50,767 nt of DNA, taken from contig DATHCH010000182.1 of NCBI GenBank assembly GCA_035319625.1, positions 1 through 50,767 on the forward strand, written 5' to 3'. This DNA is from Thermodesulfobacteriota bacterium (GTDB taxonomy: Bacteria > Desulfobacterota > BSN033 > UBA1163). The translations under genes and the position numbers were made by a program. How positions within the stretch are numbered: position 1 is the stretch's first letter; each line of letters opens with the position of its first letter. A model generated the notes under the pieces. That model searched no databases. It had not been told where the DNA came from and saw only the letters and a list, made by a program, of their open reading frames with translations. Shown one piece after another: positions 17,578 through 25,954 of this stretch.

Positions 17578-18333
17578 TTAGGCGGGGAGGTTGAATAAAG
17601 GCGATTGAGAATTCGAATTCCCTTTTGATGGGAAGGTCTCTTCAGAGTGCGAATAGACTTGTTCAAAGAAACCCAAGATATCAATCTCTCCTTTTTTCGA
17701 CTTCTGCCAGAGATCGTATAGGTGATGCGTGGTAATCAAACTCATATGGTGCCGGCTTAAGAAATGACTCAGCTCTTTGGAGATATGACTCACCTGGCTT
17801 CGCTCAGAAAGTGGGAGGCCGATATGGGTGCTCGCAATGATCAACGACTTCTCATCCTCCATTTTCTCTTTCTCAAACTGCAGCGCCCGGTTGATCTTGG
17901 GATGGTTTCCCTCCACTTCTCCTTCACTCATCAGAATCTGTACTCCAAAAGCGATGCGGGTCTTAGGGATTTTCACAATTCGATCCACGGATTGGTAGTA
18001 GATCCCGGTAGATACCTTGAATCCCAGATCCTTAAAGACGGAATGAACGGTATCGATCAATAACAATTCACTTTTTGGCCAGAGCAGTGACTCGATGGTG
18101 GAAAAATCCTGATCTTTGATCGCTGTAGATTCCTTCTTCGAGGCCTTGTCGATTTCGGATTGCAAGAAACTCTTCCTTGCCGTTTTTTTCTCAGACTTTC
18201 TTTTTTCAGCTCTGCTTACCACGAGCATCGCAATAAGACAACCCAGAGGGATGAAAAGCTTCAGTTCTTCCGGAAATTCGAGAGCACTATAAATGGCAAA
18301 AACAGCAAGCAAAAGTTGCAACAACCCGAACAT
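17578..18333 (-). CDS. Hypothetical membrane-anchored protein
   Basis: It has two N-terminal hydrophobic helices, a Lys-rich linker and a soluble domain of about 170 aa in which I recognise no motif. Confidence 0.55.
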   Translation of the reverse strand: MFGLLQLLLAVFAIYSALEFPEELKLFIPLGCLIAMLVVSRAEKRKSEKKTARKSFLQSEIDKASKKESTAIKDQDFSTIESLLWPKSELLLIDTVHSVFKDLGFKVSTGIYYQSVDRIVKIPKTRIAFGVQILMSEGEVEGNHPKINRALQFEKEKMEDEKSLIIASTHIGLPLSERSQVSHISKELSHFLSRHHMSLITTHHLYDLWQKSKKGEIDILGFFEQVYSHSEETFPSKGNSNSQSPLFNLPA

Positions 18334-18579
18334 CTTTATCCCTTCAGTTTAAAAATTAAATGAAAACAAGAAGTTAACGCATGTTTACTCTGAGCAATTT
18401 CCATACCAAATTCAACTATATTAAAAACAACCATGATTTCAACAGATTAACTTACCATTGCCTTAAGCTCTCGTCAGTTCTAATATGACAATATTTCACC
18501 ATTCGAGCAAAAAATGTCTGTTTTGACAAGAAAAGGCACCAACTTCGGAGCATCGAAAGGGATTAGTTCAGGTGTGCAT

Positions 18580-19572
18580 TTAAAGAGAAGATGGCCTAAA
18601 AAGATATTCAATTGTTCGATTTAACATCTTTGGGCCCTTCACTTCTGTTTCGAATAAAGGAACAATCGCCCTGACCTTGTCTTTGAATATCATCCAAACC
18701 TCTTCCATATGCTCATCTTGCATTTGGATTCGGTTGAGGACGAACTCCACAGCGTCTTTTCCGACCTGATCCTTTTGAATGACTCCGTTGACCACCACGC
18801 CGCCAACAGGAATTCCAAATTCCTCGAACCAATGGATGAAGCGGGTGATGACCGCAATGGGAAGGCTCTCAGGTAAGGTCACGAAAAAGAAGGCCGTCAG
18901 GGCTTCGTCAGTTAACAGGCCCTTGGCATTGGCCATTCTATCCTTGAAGCTCAAAAGATAATCTAGGAGAGGATCCTTTTCTTCTTTTTTCGAGAAGGAG
19001 AGCATGTCTCTCAGCGACCTGGCCTCTTCCCGGCTTTTTAGCATCTTCTCGACCCAAAGGGAATAGACTTTTGACATCCCAAGAAGACGCCTCGCATTCG
19101 CTGTGGGGGCAGTATCGAAGACGTAAAAATCATATTCATCCTTGAACATGAGATCCACCATATTTTCAAACATAGCCGACTCTTCAAAGGCAGGATTCAT
19201 AGTGGCCGATTCGATGAAATCTTCTGCTTTGGTCGTGATATCTGCAAATTTTAGAAACCAGTTGATCTTCTCGCGGATTTCTCGTTTGGACCGTTCGATC
19301 GTATCCCGTGTATCGATCTCGAAGGCATAGCATTTTTGTTCGTCGCAGACGATGGCTGCTTTTCCAAAGACATCTTTTTCTAATAGGTTAGAAAGGCTAT
19401 GGACAGGGTTGGTCGATGCTAACAAAGTCTTCTTTCCTTGTTTGGCGGACCACAGGGCTGCTGCCCCTGCCATGACGGTCTTTCCAACACCTCCTTTCCC
19501 CCCAAAAAAGATATATTTCAAACGAGGGTGATTCTTCATGAATTTATCCATATTGGTTGTAATACAGTTCAT
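18580..19572 (-). CDS. ArsA/Get3-family ATPase paralogue 2 (divergent switch motifs)
   Basis: The deviant Walker A is FGGKGGVGKT. Switch I reads STNPVHS (Asn in place of the usual Asp) and switch II reads DTAPTANARRLL (no Gly-His). GGAGA lies 6 nt upstream of the ATG. Confidence 0.75.
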   Translation of the reverse strand: MNCITTNMDKFMKNHPRLKYIFFGGKGGVGKTVMAGAAALWSAKQGKKTLLASTNPVHSLSNLLEKDVFGKAAIVCDEQKCYAFEIDTRDTIERSKREIREKINWFLKFADITTKAEDFIESATMNPAFEESAMFENMVDLMFKDEYDFYVFDTAPTANARRLLGMSKVYSLWVEKMLKSREEARSLRDMLSFSKKEEKDPLLDYLLSFKDRMANAKGLLTDEALTAFFFVTLPESLPIAVITRFIHWFEEFGIPVGGVVVNGVIQKDQVGKDAVEFVLNRIQMQDEHMEEVWMIFKDKVRAIVPLFETEVKGPKMLNRTIEYLFRPSSL

Positions 19573-19658
19573 GGTTTATCTCCAACCCTTCACCACCCTC
19601 CTCTGCTCCGAAACTGTGGCATAATGGCAATTTAGAGAAAGTTTTGTTGGAGCAGGCA

Positions 19659-19780
19659 ATCAGGTTCCTCTGCTTTGGATGCGGGTGGCACGGTCTCCGC
19701 TGGAGAGAAGAAGCCTGCCTGTCCCGCCCTCGGTCGGGACCGCCAGCCCGCCGGTAGGCAGGGGTGAGGAGCAACCTGAT
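19659..19780. ncRNA. Candidate structured RNA (unclassified), GC-rich multi-helix element
   Basis: The closing helix is ATCAGGTT (19659-19666)/AACCTGAT (19773-19780) plus CCTC/GAGG. Inner helices are CCTGCC/GGCAGG, GTCCCG (19721-19726)/CGGGAC (19735-19740) and GCGG/CCGC. A possible pseudoknot pairs GCGGGTGG (19681-19688) with CCAGCCCGC (19743-19751). The strand is undetermined. Confidence 0.35.
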
Positions 19781-19804
19781 ATTTGCTACCAATCATAAAC
19801 CAAT

Positions 19805-20785
19805 TCATCCGAACATGGCATTGGCCATCTTTTCAATCATGGCAAGGCCGGTTACATCTCGTTCCATCTCAGGCACAGATGCTAAAATCTGTTTATCAAA
19901 AGTGGTGTCAATCACCCTCAGGTAATGTTCCTCCATAGTGAGACGATTTTTTAAATATTCGGGAATATTTTTCCCTTTTAAGTCAGAAGGTAAGACCCGG
20001 TTGATGATATAGCCGCTCAAGGGGACATCAAATTTAGCAAAAAGTTCTGCCGCCTTTAAGGTGTCCTTAATGATCATCTCCTCAGCGGTCAAAACAAAAA
20101 AGAAGGCCGTCTTCTGTTTGTCCGTCAGGATGCTTGAGGATTTGTGGATGCGTTCTTTGATATAAAGAAGTTCTTTCAAGATGGCGTCTTCATCCAATTT
20201 TTTTTCCCGCTGCATCACAGCCGCCACCTGATCGTATTCCCTCATCTGTTCTCGAAGACCAGTGATTTTATCAATCCAGGCGTCGTAGACGGATGCCATG
20301 CTCAAATAGTAAAGTGCATGACCTAACGGCACCAAATCGTAAATGTAGTAGTCGTAGCCTCCTTTGACGACAATATCCACCACCTCATCAAAAATGGCAC
20401 TTTCCTCCATGGCGGGCTCTGCCGCAGCAGCCTGAATATAGCTCTCGATTTCTTCTGGAATCTTATTCATTCCATACATATCGAAGATCTTCTGTCTAAT
20501 CTCTTGCTGATATTCTTTCACACGACGGTCGGCATCGATCTCTTGTGCATAGAGGTTGGGAATGATCTCTGTTGGCCCCTTGCCAAAGATATCCCTTTCG
20601 AAGATATCGGTTAATGAGGCCTGCGGATCAACAGAGAAAACCAAAACCTTTTTCCCTTTTTTGGCCAAATAATAGGCCGTAGCAGCGGAGAAAGTAGTCT
20701 TTCCCAAACCTCCCTTTCCGCCGAACATGATGTACCGCCGATCCGGATACTTTTCAAATATATCTGCTAATGGAATGCCAATCAC
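19805..20785 (-). CDS. ArsA/Get3-family ATPase paralogue 1 (divergent switch motifs)
   Basis: The Walker A is FGGKGGLGKTT. Switch I reads SVDPQAS (Asp kept) and switch II reads DLVPLGHALYYL (TAPT lost, Gly-His kept). The start is a GTG. Confidence 0.75.
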   Translation of the reverse strand: MIGIPLADIFEKYPDRRYIMFGGKGGLGKTTFSAATAYYLAKKGKKVLVFSVDPQASLTDIFERDIFGKGPTEIIPNLYAQEIDADRRVKEYQQEIRQKIFDMYGMNKIPEEIESYIQAAAAEPAMEESAIFDEVVDIVVKGGYDYYIYDLVPLGHALYYLSMASVYDAWIDKITGLREQMREYDQVAAVMQREKKLDEDAILKELLYIKERIHKSSSILTDKQKTAFFFVLTAEEMIIKDTLKAAELFAKFDVPLSGYIINRVLPSDLKGKNIPEYLKNRLTMEEHYLRVIDTTFDKQILASVPEMERDVTGLAMIEKMANAMFG

Positions 20786-20793
20786 CCCTTTCT

Positions 20794-20902
20794 CGGTTAT
20801 CGGGTTACTTGGGTTATTGGGTCTTTTGGGTTTCTTGTGTTTAATGATTTCATAACTCTAAAAACCCTATGAACTCAATAAACCCGATGGACCCAATAAA
20901 TG
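20794..20902. repeat. Word-built inverted repeat, family W3 (GGGTTATTGGGT / ACCCAATAAA words)
   Basis: The left arm is CGGTTATCGGGTTACTTGGGTTATTGGGTCTTTTGGGTTTC and the right arm is AAAACCCTATGAACTCAATAAACCCGATGGACCCAATAAATG. Confidence 0.65.
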
Positions 20903-20914
20903 TTCGTTGGCCTT

Positions 20915-21187
20915 TCAGGCCAAGCCATCCGTGAAATCTTTTTCCCTCAGCATTCTCCGCTTCCAGGTAGAAATCTGGGGAACCACGTAGGGCAGCAAGC
21001 GCAAGGAATAATACGGGGGTAGAATCGGCACGCCCAGCATGTCTCCCATGGTGATCAGGATGAAGAGGTGCTCCATGCTCGCCCTCGTCTTCATAGCAAA
21101 CCGGTACGAGTCGTGAGCTGCCATCCCATAGACGAACTCCTTGATCGCCTGAAAAAATCCCCTTTTCTTTTTTTCTTCCTCCGGCAT
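20915..21187 (-). CDS. Small conserved-looking hypothetical protein (90 aa) with one hydrophobic segment
   Basis: MPEEEKKKRGFF... opens at the ATG at 21187, preceded by AAGGAGA. The hydrophobic stretch is HLFILITMGDMLGVPILPPYYSLRLLPYVV. The longer listed ORF start (21244) has no RBS. Confidence 0.55.
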   Translation of the reverse strand: MPEEEKKKRGFFQAIKEFVYGMAAHDSYRFAMKTRASMEHLFILITMGDMLGVPILPPYYSLRLLPYVVPQISTWKRRMLREKDFTDGLA

Positions 21188-21358
21188 AAATCTTTCTCCT
21201 TCCAAAATTTCATGTGGGCATGAACATTGACTGCCGATGCCCACCCCGCTCCCGACAAATGAGGGTTACAGATCGTCGCAAAATTCTAAAGTTTCAGATT
21301 ACCGGTTTTAGGCTTCATACATGAACTTCAAACACTAAAAACTTCAGCCTGAAACTTC

Positions 21359-23044
21359 CTAAGCCACGGCTGCGGCAGGTTGAGCTCTTAAAGCCCGATA
21401 TCGGCTAAACGCCTTGATTCCTTCCACAGCCAGAATGATCGCGGCAATAACCAGGAAGATTCCAACTAAAATCATCAGTATGTTCCCCACCAATGCCTCT
21501 CCTTTAACCGCCCCTGAATAAACCTGTTTGAAAAGCCTATAAGAGGTGACGATGAGAGCAGTCGTGGTCGTGAAAAACATAAAAATCATTGGGTAGAAGG
21601 TCCATCCATACGGTTTCCCCTGGGACATTAACCACGCTGTCACCAGCATCAGCGCCATGGACGCCATCAACTGGTTAGCCCCTCCAAAAAGGATCCAGAG
21701 ATATTGCCACCATCCTGTCAAGGTCAGGGCCAGCGTGAGAAGGCTGGCAATAATGGTACCGATATGGACATTCTTAAAGATGGGGCTGATATCGCCCAAC
21801 ATTTCAGAAGTGGCCACTCTCATGAATCGAATCACAAGCTGCAGGATGGTAACTGCCAGGACGATTAACATAACGCTACCATAAGATTTCCCGATGGCAG
21901 CCGGCATCCCCAACGCGCCCAGGAATTTCCCGACACCTGCTGCAAAGATGTCGATAGGCCCTTTGGCAATGGCGGCCGTATATTCCGAAGACGAGGCATA
22001 TATCGTTCCGGCGATGACCAGAGCGAACACGCCAAGCATCATCTCCACAAACATCACCCCGCCTCCCACTGGACGGGCATCTGTTTCGTACTCTAATTGC
22101 CTGGCCGTACCTGAACTTGAAACAATACTGTGCCATCCGGACACTGCCCCGCAACCGATGGTTACAAACATGATGGGCCAAAGAGGCCCGATGTTGATGT
22201 CAAAACCGGTATAGGCCGGGAGTGTGAAATTAGGATGGAGCACAAAAACTCCAATGATCCCGAATAAGAGACCCAAGAAAATAATGTAGGAAGTGACATA
22301 GTTAATGGGAAGGGCAAACCTCCAGATCGGTAAAACAGCTGCGAAGTAACAGAAAATGAGTGCGGCGATCGCCCAAACAAGTCGACTATTAGCAATTCCT
22401 TCTCCGAGAATGTTGTTAGAGGGAGCAACGGATCCAAGCCATATCCCGAACAACGAAATGGCAACTGTGACAACAGTGGTCAGAATAATATCCTTCCTCC
22501 AGCGATAGATCATCTGCCCAGCAAGAACTCCACCTATGGTGAAAAAAAGCCATGCCATGGGAGAACTTTTCTGCCCGATGGCTGCATTGACAACGATTGC
22601 TCCGAAGGCGCCCGCGATGAGAAGCAGAAAGAAATAGATAAAGCAGAGTAGAATGATCCGAGCCCGCGGCGAGATCAATTTGTAGCTTAATCCGCCAAAG
22701 GAAGCTCCTTCATTTCGCATGGCCACCACGGCGCTCGAGTAGTCATGAACCCAGCCGATAAAGAACGCACCCAGCAAGAGCCACAGCAATGCGGGAAGCC
22801 ATCCCCATTGAATAGCAAGAATAGGCCCGATCACAGGGGCCGCGCCAGCGATGGATTTGAATTGATAACCGAAGAGGATGTTCTTACTCGTGGGCATGAA
22901 TTCTACCCCGTCCATATACATCTTTGCCGGGGTGGTTCTCTTCGGGTCAGATTTGATGATTTTCGCATCAATGTACTTTGCGTAGAAGCGGTAACCGATG
23001 AAAAAAACGAGAAAGCCTATGATGAGAACAACGACTGAATTCAT
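21359..23044 (-). CDS. cstA: Carbon starvation protein CstA family transporter
   Basis: 561-aa polytopic membrane protein. The N-terminal FGYQFKSIAGAAPVIGPILAIQWGWLPALLW is characteristic of CstA. Confidence 0.88.
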   Translation of the reverse strand: MNSVVVLIIGFLVFFIGYRFYAKYIDAKIIKSDPKRTTPAKMYMDGVEFMPTSKNILFGYQFKSIAGAAPVIGPILAIQWGWLPALLWLLLGAFFIGWVHDYSSAVVAMRNEGASFGGLSYKLISPRARIILLCFIYFFLLLIAGAFGAIVVNAAIGQKSSPMAWLFFTIGGVLAGQMIYRWRKDIILTTVVTVAISLFGIWLGSVAPSNNILGEGIANSRLVWAIAALIFCYFAAVLPIWRFALPINYVTSYIIFLGLLFGIIGVFVLHPNFTLPAYTGFDINIGPLWPIMFVTIGCGAVSGWHSIVSSSGTARQLEYETDARPVGGGVMFVEMMLGVFALVIAGTIYASSSEYTAAIAKGPIDIFAAGVGKFLGALGMPAAIGKSYGSVMLIVLAVTILQLVIRFMRVATSEMLGDISPIFKNVHIGTIIASLLTLALTLTGWWQYLWILFGGANQLMASMALMLVTAWLMSQGKPYGWTFYPMIFMFFTTTTALIVTSYRLFKQVYSGAVKGEALVGNILMILVGIFLVIAAIILAVEGIKAFSRYRALRAQPAAAVA

Positions 23045-23077
23045 AATGTGAACTCCTCGCGGTCGCCAAATCGAGAA

Positions 23078-23266
23078 TTATTCAAAACACCCCAGCTGGC
23101 ATTGGCTAATTTTGACCTTCATCTCATTCAGGATCTTCCCCATCTCCTTCTTCGAAATTCCAAAATCCTCTGCAATTTTAAAGCACATTGCGCAGGGAAG
23201 TCTCCCCTCCTTGGCTTTCTCCTTGATGATTTCCTCAATCTTCGCACGATCCATAATGTCTCCCAT
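23078..23266 (-). CDS. Small Cys-containing hypothetical protein (58-62 aa)
   Basis: It contains GRLPCAMCFKIAEDFGISKKEMGKILNEMKVKISQCQLGCFE, with CxxC and CxxxC pairs. The ATG at 23254 has better spacing to GGGAGA than the ATG at 23266. The stop lies 33 nt upstream of cstA. Confidence 0.5.
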   Translation of the reverse strand: MGDIMDRAKIEEIIKEKAKEGRLPCAMCFKIAEDFGISKKEMGKILNEMKVKISQCQLGCFE

Positions 23267-23468
23267 CTATCCCGATAGCCTCATGCCAAATGTCGAAGCC
23301 CAACGTCTAATTAAGGATAATTCTGGAATAATCAAATGAAGTAACGCTTAAGAACAAAAACGTTTTTTTCAACCCCATATTCCACCCATCCATCCTTCTC
23401 GGTACCTTTCTCATTTGCGATTCCTTTGGAATTCCAAATTTGTCATTTGATGTTTGGATTTTGGTCAC

Positions 23469-23924
23469 CTAATCTTTCTTCTCGCTGAAGATATAAATCC
23501 CATATTCAAATCCATCCACCAATGCCAGAAAGGAGGCTTTGCATATATTTTCTGAAAATGCTTTCACCCTCCATGCATCCTCCCCATTGCTAAACAGAAT
23601 CTCGACCTCCACACCCGCTGCGGTTCCGGCGCCCGGATCAAAGATTCTGGAACTGAAATCGACCAGTTTCACCCGATCAATCTCAGGAAAGATCGATTTG
23701 AGCGATTTTTTCAGTACCTTTGCTAAGGCATCCACCGGCCCCACCCCTGTGTCCGCTTCGTGCATCTCTTTCCCGTTGGCCCGAAGCATAATGGTAGCCT
23801 CGGGCTGGATGCCATCGTCAATGAGTCGATAATTACCGATGACCTCAAAATGGGGTTTATAGCCGGACATCGATCTTAAAAGATTCAAAATCTTTGTCGC
23901 ATCCTTAATTTTTTCCTCTACCAA
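23469..23924 (-). CDS. Stand-alone LeuA-type allosteric (dimerisation/regulatory) domain protein
   Basis: The 151-aa ORF has the GVGPVDALAKVLKK segment and the beta-alpha-beta layout that I associate with the C-terminal regulatory domain of isopropylmalate/citramalate synthases. Confidence 0.5.
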   Translation of the reverse strand: MVEEKIKDATKILNLLRSMSGYKPHFEVIGNYRLIDDGIQPEATIMLRANGKEMHEADTGVGPVDALAKVLKKSLKSIFPEIDRVKLVDFSSRIFDPGAGTAAGVEVEILFSNGEDAWRVKAFSENICKASFLALVDGFEYGIYIFSEKKD

Positions 23925-24468
23925 TGCCTCCTCCTAATAGAAAATAACGTGCCCCCTGTCAGTGACCTGTGTCCGTAATAAATGACAGCGGTTAAGAATC
24001 TCTATATATCTCAAAAATACGTCTCATTACATTAAGATTCTTAGGAATTGTCAAGACAAATTATAACATAGGAATCAACGAAAGAGGCTATTTCACCGTA
24101 ACTCATCTCCCGTGGTATTAAACACGAACTTCTCGAAGCCCCAGCCTGAAGCCTGGAGCTTGCTTCCGGTTCTCCTGAGCCCCACTTCTTCACGCCTGCC
24201 GTCAAGGACGGGGCTTCGTGCGGCCGAGAAGAGGATATTGGGCTCGAAGGGCATGACGCAAGAGGAAAAGGACAAAAGGATCAAGTCACTGCAAGAAGAG
24301 TTTTTCAGAAAAGAGTGAGAAGCCTTCCGGCGGAAAGAAGCTATACCAAAAGGAGCAGAGAAATTAAGATGGGCCGGACACTGGTTTTTTTATGAAAAAA
24401 ATTTAAAAATCTACCAAAGTCTTTTCTCTTCATCTATCTTGTTTCTTCAAAGGGAGAAGAATTCGAAT

Positions 24469-24786
24469 ATGGCCTGGCTGTTTTTAATCATTGCGGGAAT
24501 CATTGAGATCGGATGGGCAATCAGTTTGAAATATACGGAAGGCTTGACTCGGGTCTGGCCGAGCGTGTGGATGTTGACAGCGACAATAGCCAGTTTCTTC
24601 TTTCTATCCACTGCCCTTAAATCCATCCCGGTGGGGACCGCCTATGTGGTTTTCACAGGAATCGGAGCCGCCGGCACCGTTCTCTTCGGGATGTTCTTTC
24701 TGGGGGAGTCAAGAGATTTTTTAAGGCTTGCGTTTATTACGCTGATCATCTTCGGAACCATCGGACTGAAGTTTGCAGGGAAGTGA
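24469..24786 (+). CDS. sugE: SMR-family SugE/Gdx-type small multidrug/guanidinium exporter
   Basis: MAWLFLIIAGIIEIGWAISLKYTEG carries the conserved membrane Glu. The protein is 105 aa with 4 TM helices. I use the ATG at 24469 rather than the listed TTG at 24439. Confidence 0.85.
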   Translation: MAWLFLIIAGIIEIGWAISLKYTEGLTRVWPSVWMLTATIASFFFLSTALKSIPVGTAYVVFTGIGAAGTVLFGMFFLGESRDFLRLAFITLIIFGTIGLKFAGK

Positions 24787-24831
24787 CTGTGAAGTTGTTT
24801 TAGAACCTACCTCCTCTCCTTCTGCATATAT

Positions 24832-25845
24832 TTAATACTGATCAAGCAACCATTTGCCGCTTTCGATTATCTTCTTCCCATCAATTTTGAGCGTCATCCC
24901 GCCGCTCACGGCATCATGATGGATATTGCTGTAGACATGGCCTCCGACGAATGTCGTATTCTTTCCGCAGGCGATGTGAAGCGTGCCTAAAATCATTTTA
25001 TCCGTAATAGTCCCAGAGAAACCTTCATACGTCAGTACGTGGTTGGTGGCAACGCCAAGTTCAGCGATGTTGGTCCCATTTTCATCCGCAGCGGTGAGGA
25101 TTTTCCGGCACTTCTCTGCCTCCGGCCCGTCACCCACAACTTCCACAATCCTGCCGTTCTTTATAATCCAGACAAAAGGTCTCGCGACCCTTCCCACATA
25201 CTCGAAAAATCCATTTACCACATATTTACCGTTCGCAGTGCCTTCGACAGGGGCTAGTACCGCCTCGGCATAAAGCGGTACAGCGCCCCATTCGCCTGGC
25301 TCCCACATCGACGCTCTCAACCGCTCGCATTTTCTTCCTTCCACGCTAAAGGTGAGGTCCGTCCCATCGGGGCTGGTAATACGCGCGATCTTACCGCTTT
25401 CCATGATCCTTGCGACTTTTTCCGTACGCTCTCGAATTTTCATGATGTCATCGTGTGTGATATTGGGCGAGAGAACAGGCGCCATGCCGAAACGCGCCTT
25501 TTTTTCATTAGTGGCTACATTTCTTGCTTTCGTGTGAGCGATGATTTGGGTGTTGTCGAGATTCAGCGTGGCCAGTATAACATCGCTCGTCATCATTGCA
25601 TCAACCACTCTTTTCGGGGGCTCCGCTTTCATCTCACTATCCTCTACAAAAATGACCGTGGGAATGGCCTGTAGACGCCGAACTTCGGCCTCAAGATACT
25701 TGCCTACCAGTTTCCGCTTTTCATCGTTCTGAACGATAAGAAGGACTTTTTCGCCGCTTTTAACATTCATACAGCTTTTGACGATTACCTTCGCCGCATT
25801 AACCCTCTGCTCCTCACTTAAATCTTCGACACCTAAACGATTCAT
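24832..25845 (-). CDS. Aminopeptidase, probably MEROPS M29 (AmpS/PepS-like)
   Basis: The C-terminal HIACGKNTTFVGGHVYSNIHHDAV resembles the M29 metal-binding region. I use the ATG at 25845, preceded by GGAGGGAG. Confidence 0.55.
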   Translation of the reverse strand: MNRLGVEDLSEEQRVNAAKVIVKSCMNVKSGEKVLLIVQNDEKRKLVGKYLEAEVRRLQAIPTVIFVEDSEMKAEPPKRVVDAMMTSDVILATLNLDNTQIIAHTKARNVATNEKKARFGMAPVLSPNITHDDIMKIRERTEKVARIMESGKIARITSPDGTDLTFSVEGRKCERLRASMWEPGEWGAVPLYAEAVLAPVEGTANGKYVVNGFFEYVGRVARPFVWIIKNGRIVEVVGDGPEAEKCRKILTAADENGTNIAELGVATNHVLTYEGFSGTITDKMILGTLHIACGKNTTFVGGHVYSNIHHDAVSGGMTLKIDGKKIIESGKWLLDQY

Positions 25846-25925
25846 GAAGTCTCCCTCCCCTGTGGTTTGTATTCTATACCACACTGAAAATTATTGGAAG
25901 TAAGAATTTCACTTGAAAGAAAGTT

Positions 25926-25954
25926 TTGAAACGAGATGCGGGAACCAGGATAAT
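25926..25954 (+). promoter_or_regulatory. Sigma70-type promoter, copy A of a triplicated promoter-leader module
   Basis: TTGAAA (25926-25931), 17-nt spacer, GATAAT (25949-25954), within the shared string GAACCAGGATAATGTG. Confidence 0.6.

Noticed and set aside
19659-19780. Assignment of the GC-rich element to a known riboswitch class (cobalamin, TPP or c-di-GMP-II)
   Set aside because: Only fragments match: GGAGACCGTGCC versus the B12 box, AACCTGAT versus the TPP ACCUGAU, and GGGACCGCCAGCCCGCCGGTAGGCAGGGG versus the c-di-GMP-II 3' half. The other invariant blocks of each class are absent (AGGGAA and GCCACUG; CUGAGA and GCCAGCG; ACGCACAGGGCAAACC). I therefore left it unclassified.
19544-19792. 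An 82-aa ORF covering the GC-rich element between the ArsA-like genes
   Set aside because: The translation is Arg/Pro/Gly-rich low complexity with no RBS. The region is better explained by its extensive base-pairing.
24093-24330. Overlapping ORFs of 63-68 aa upstream of sugE, and a ykkC-type guanidine-I riboswitch call
   Set aside because: The ORFs have no RBS and overlap each other on opposite strands. The similarity to ykkC is limited to two short degenerate blocks. The region is reported as an open question rather than as a feature.
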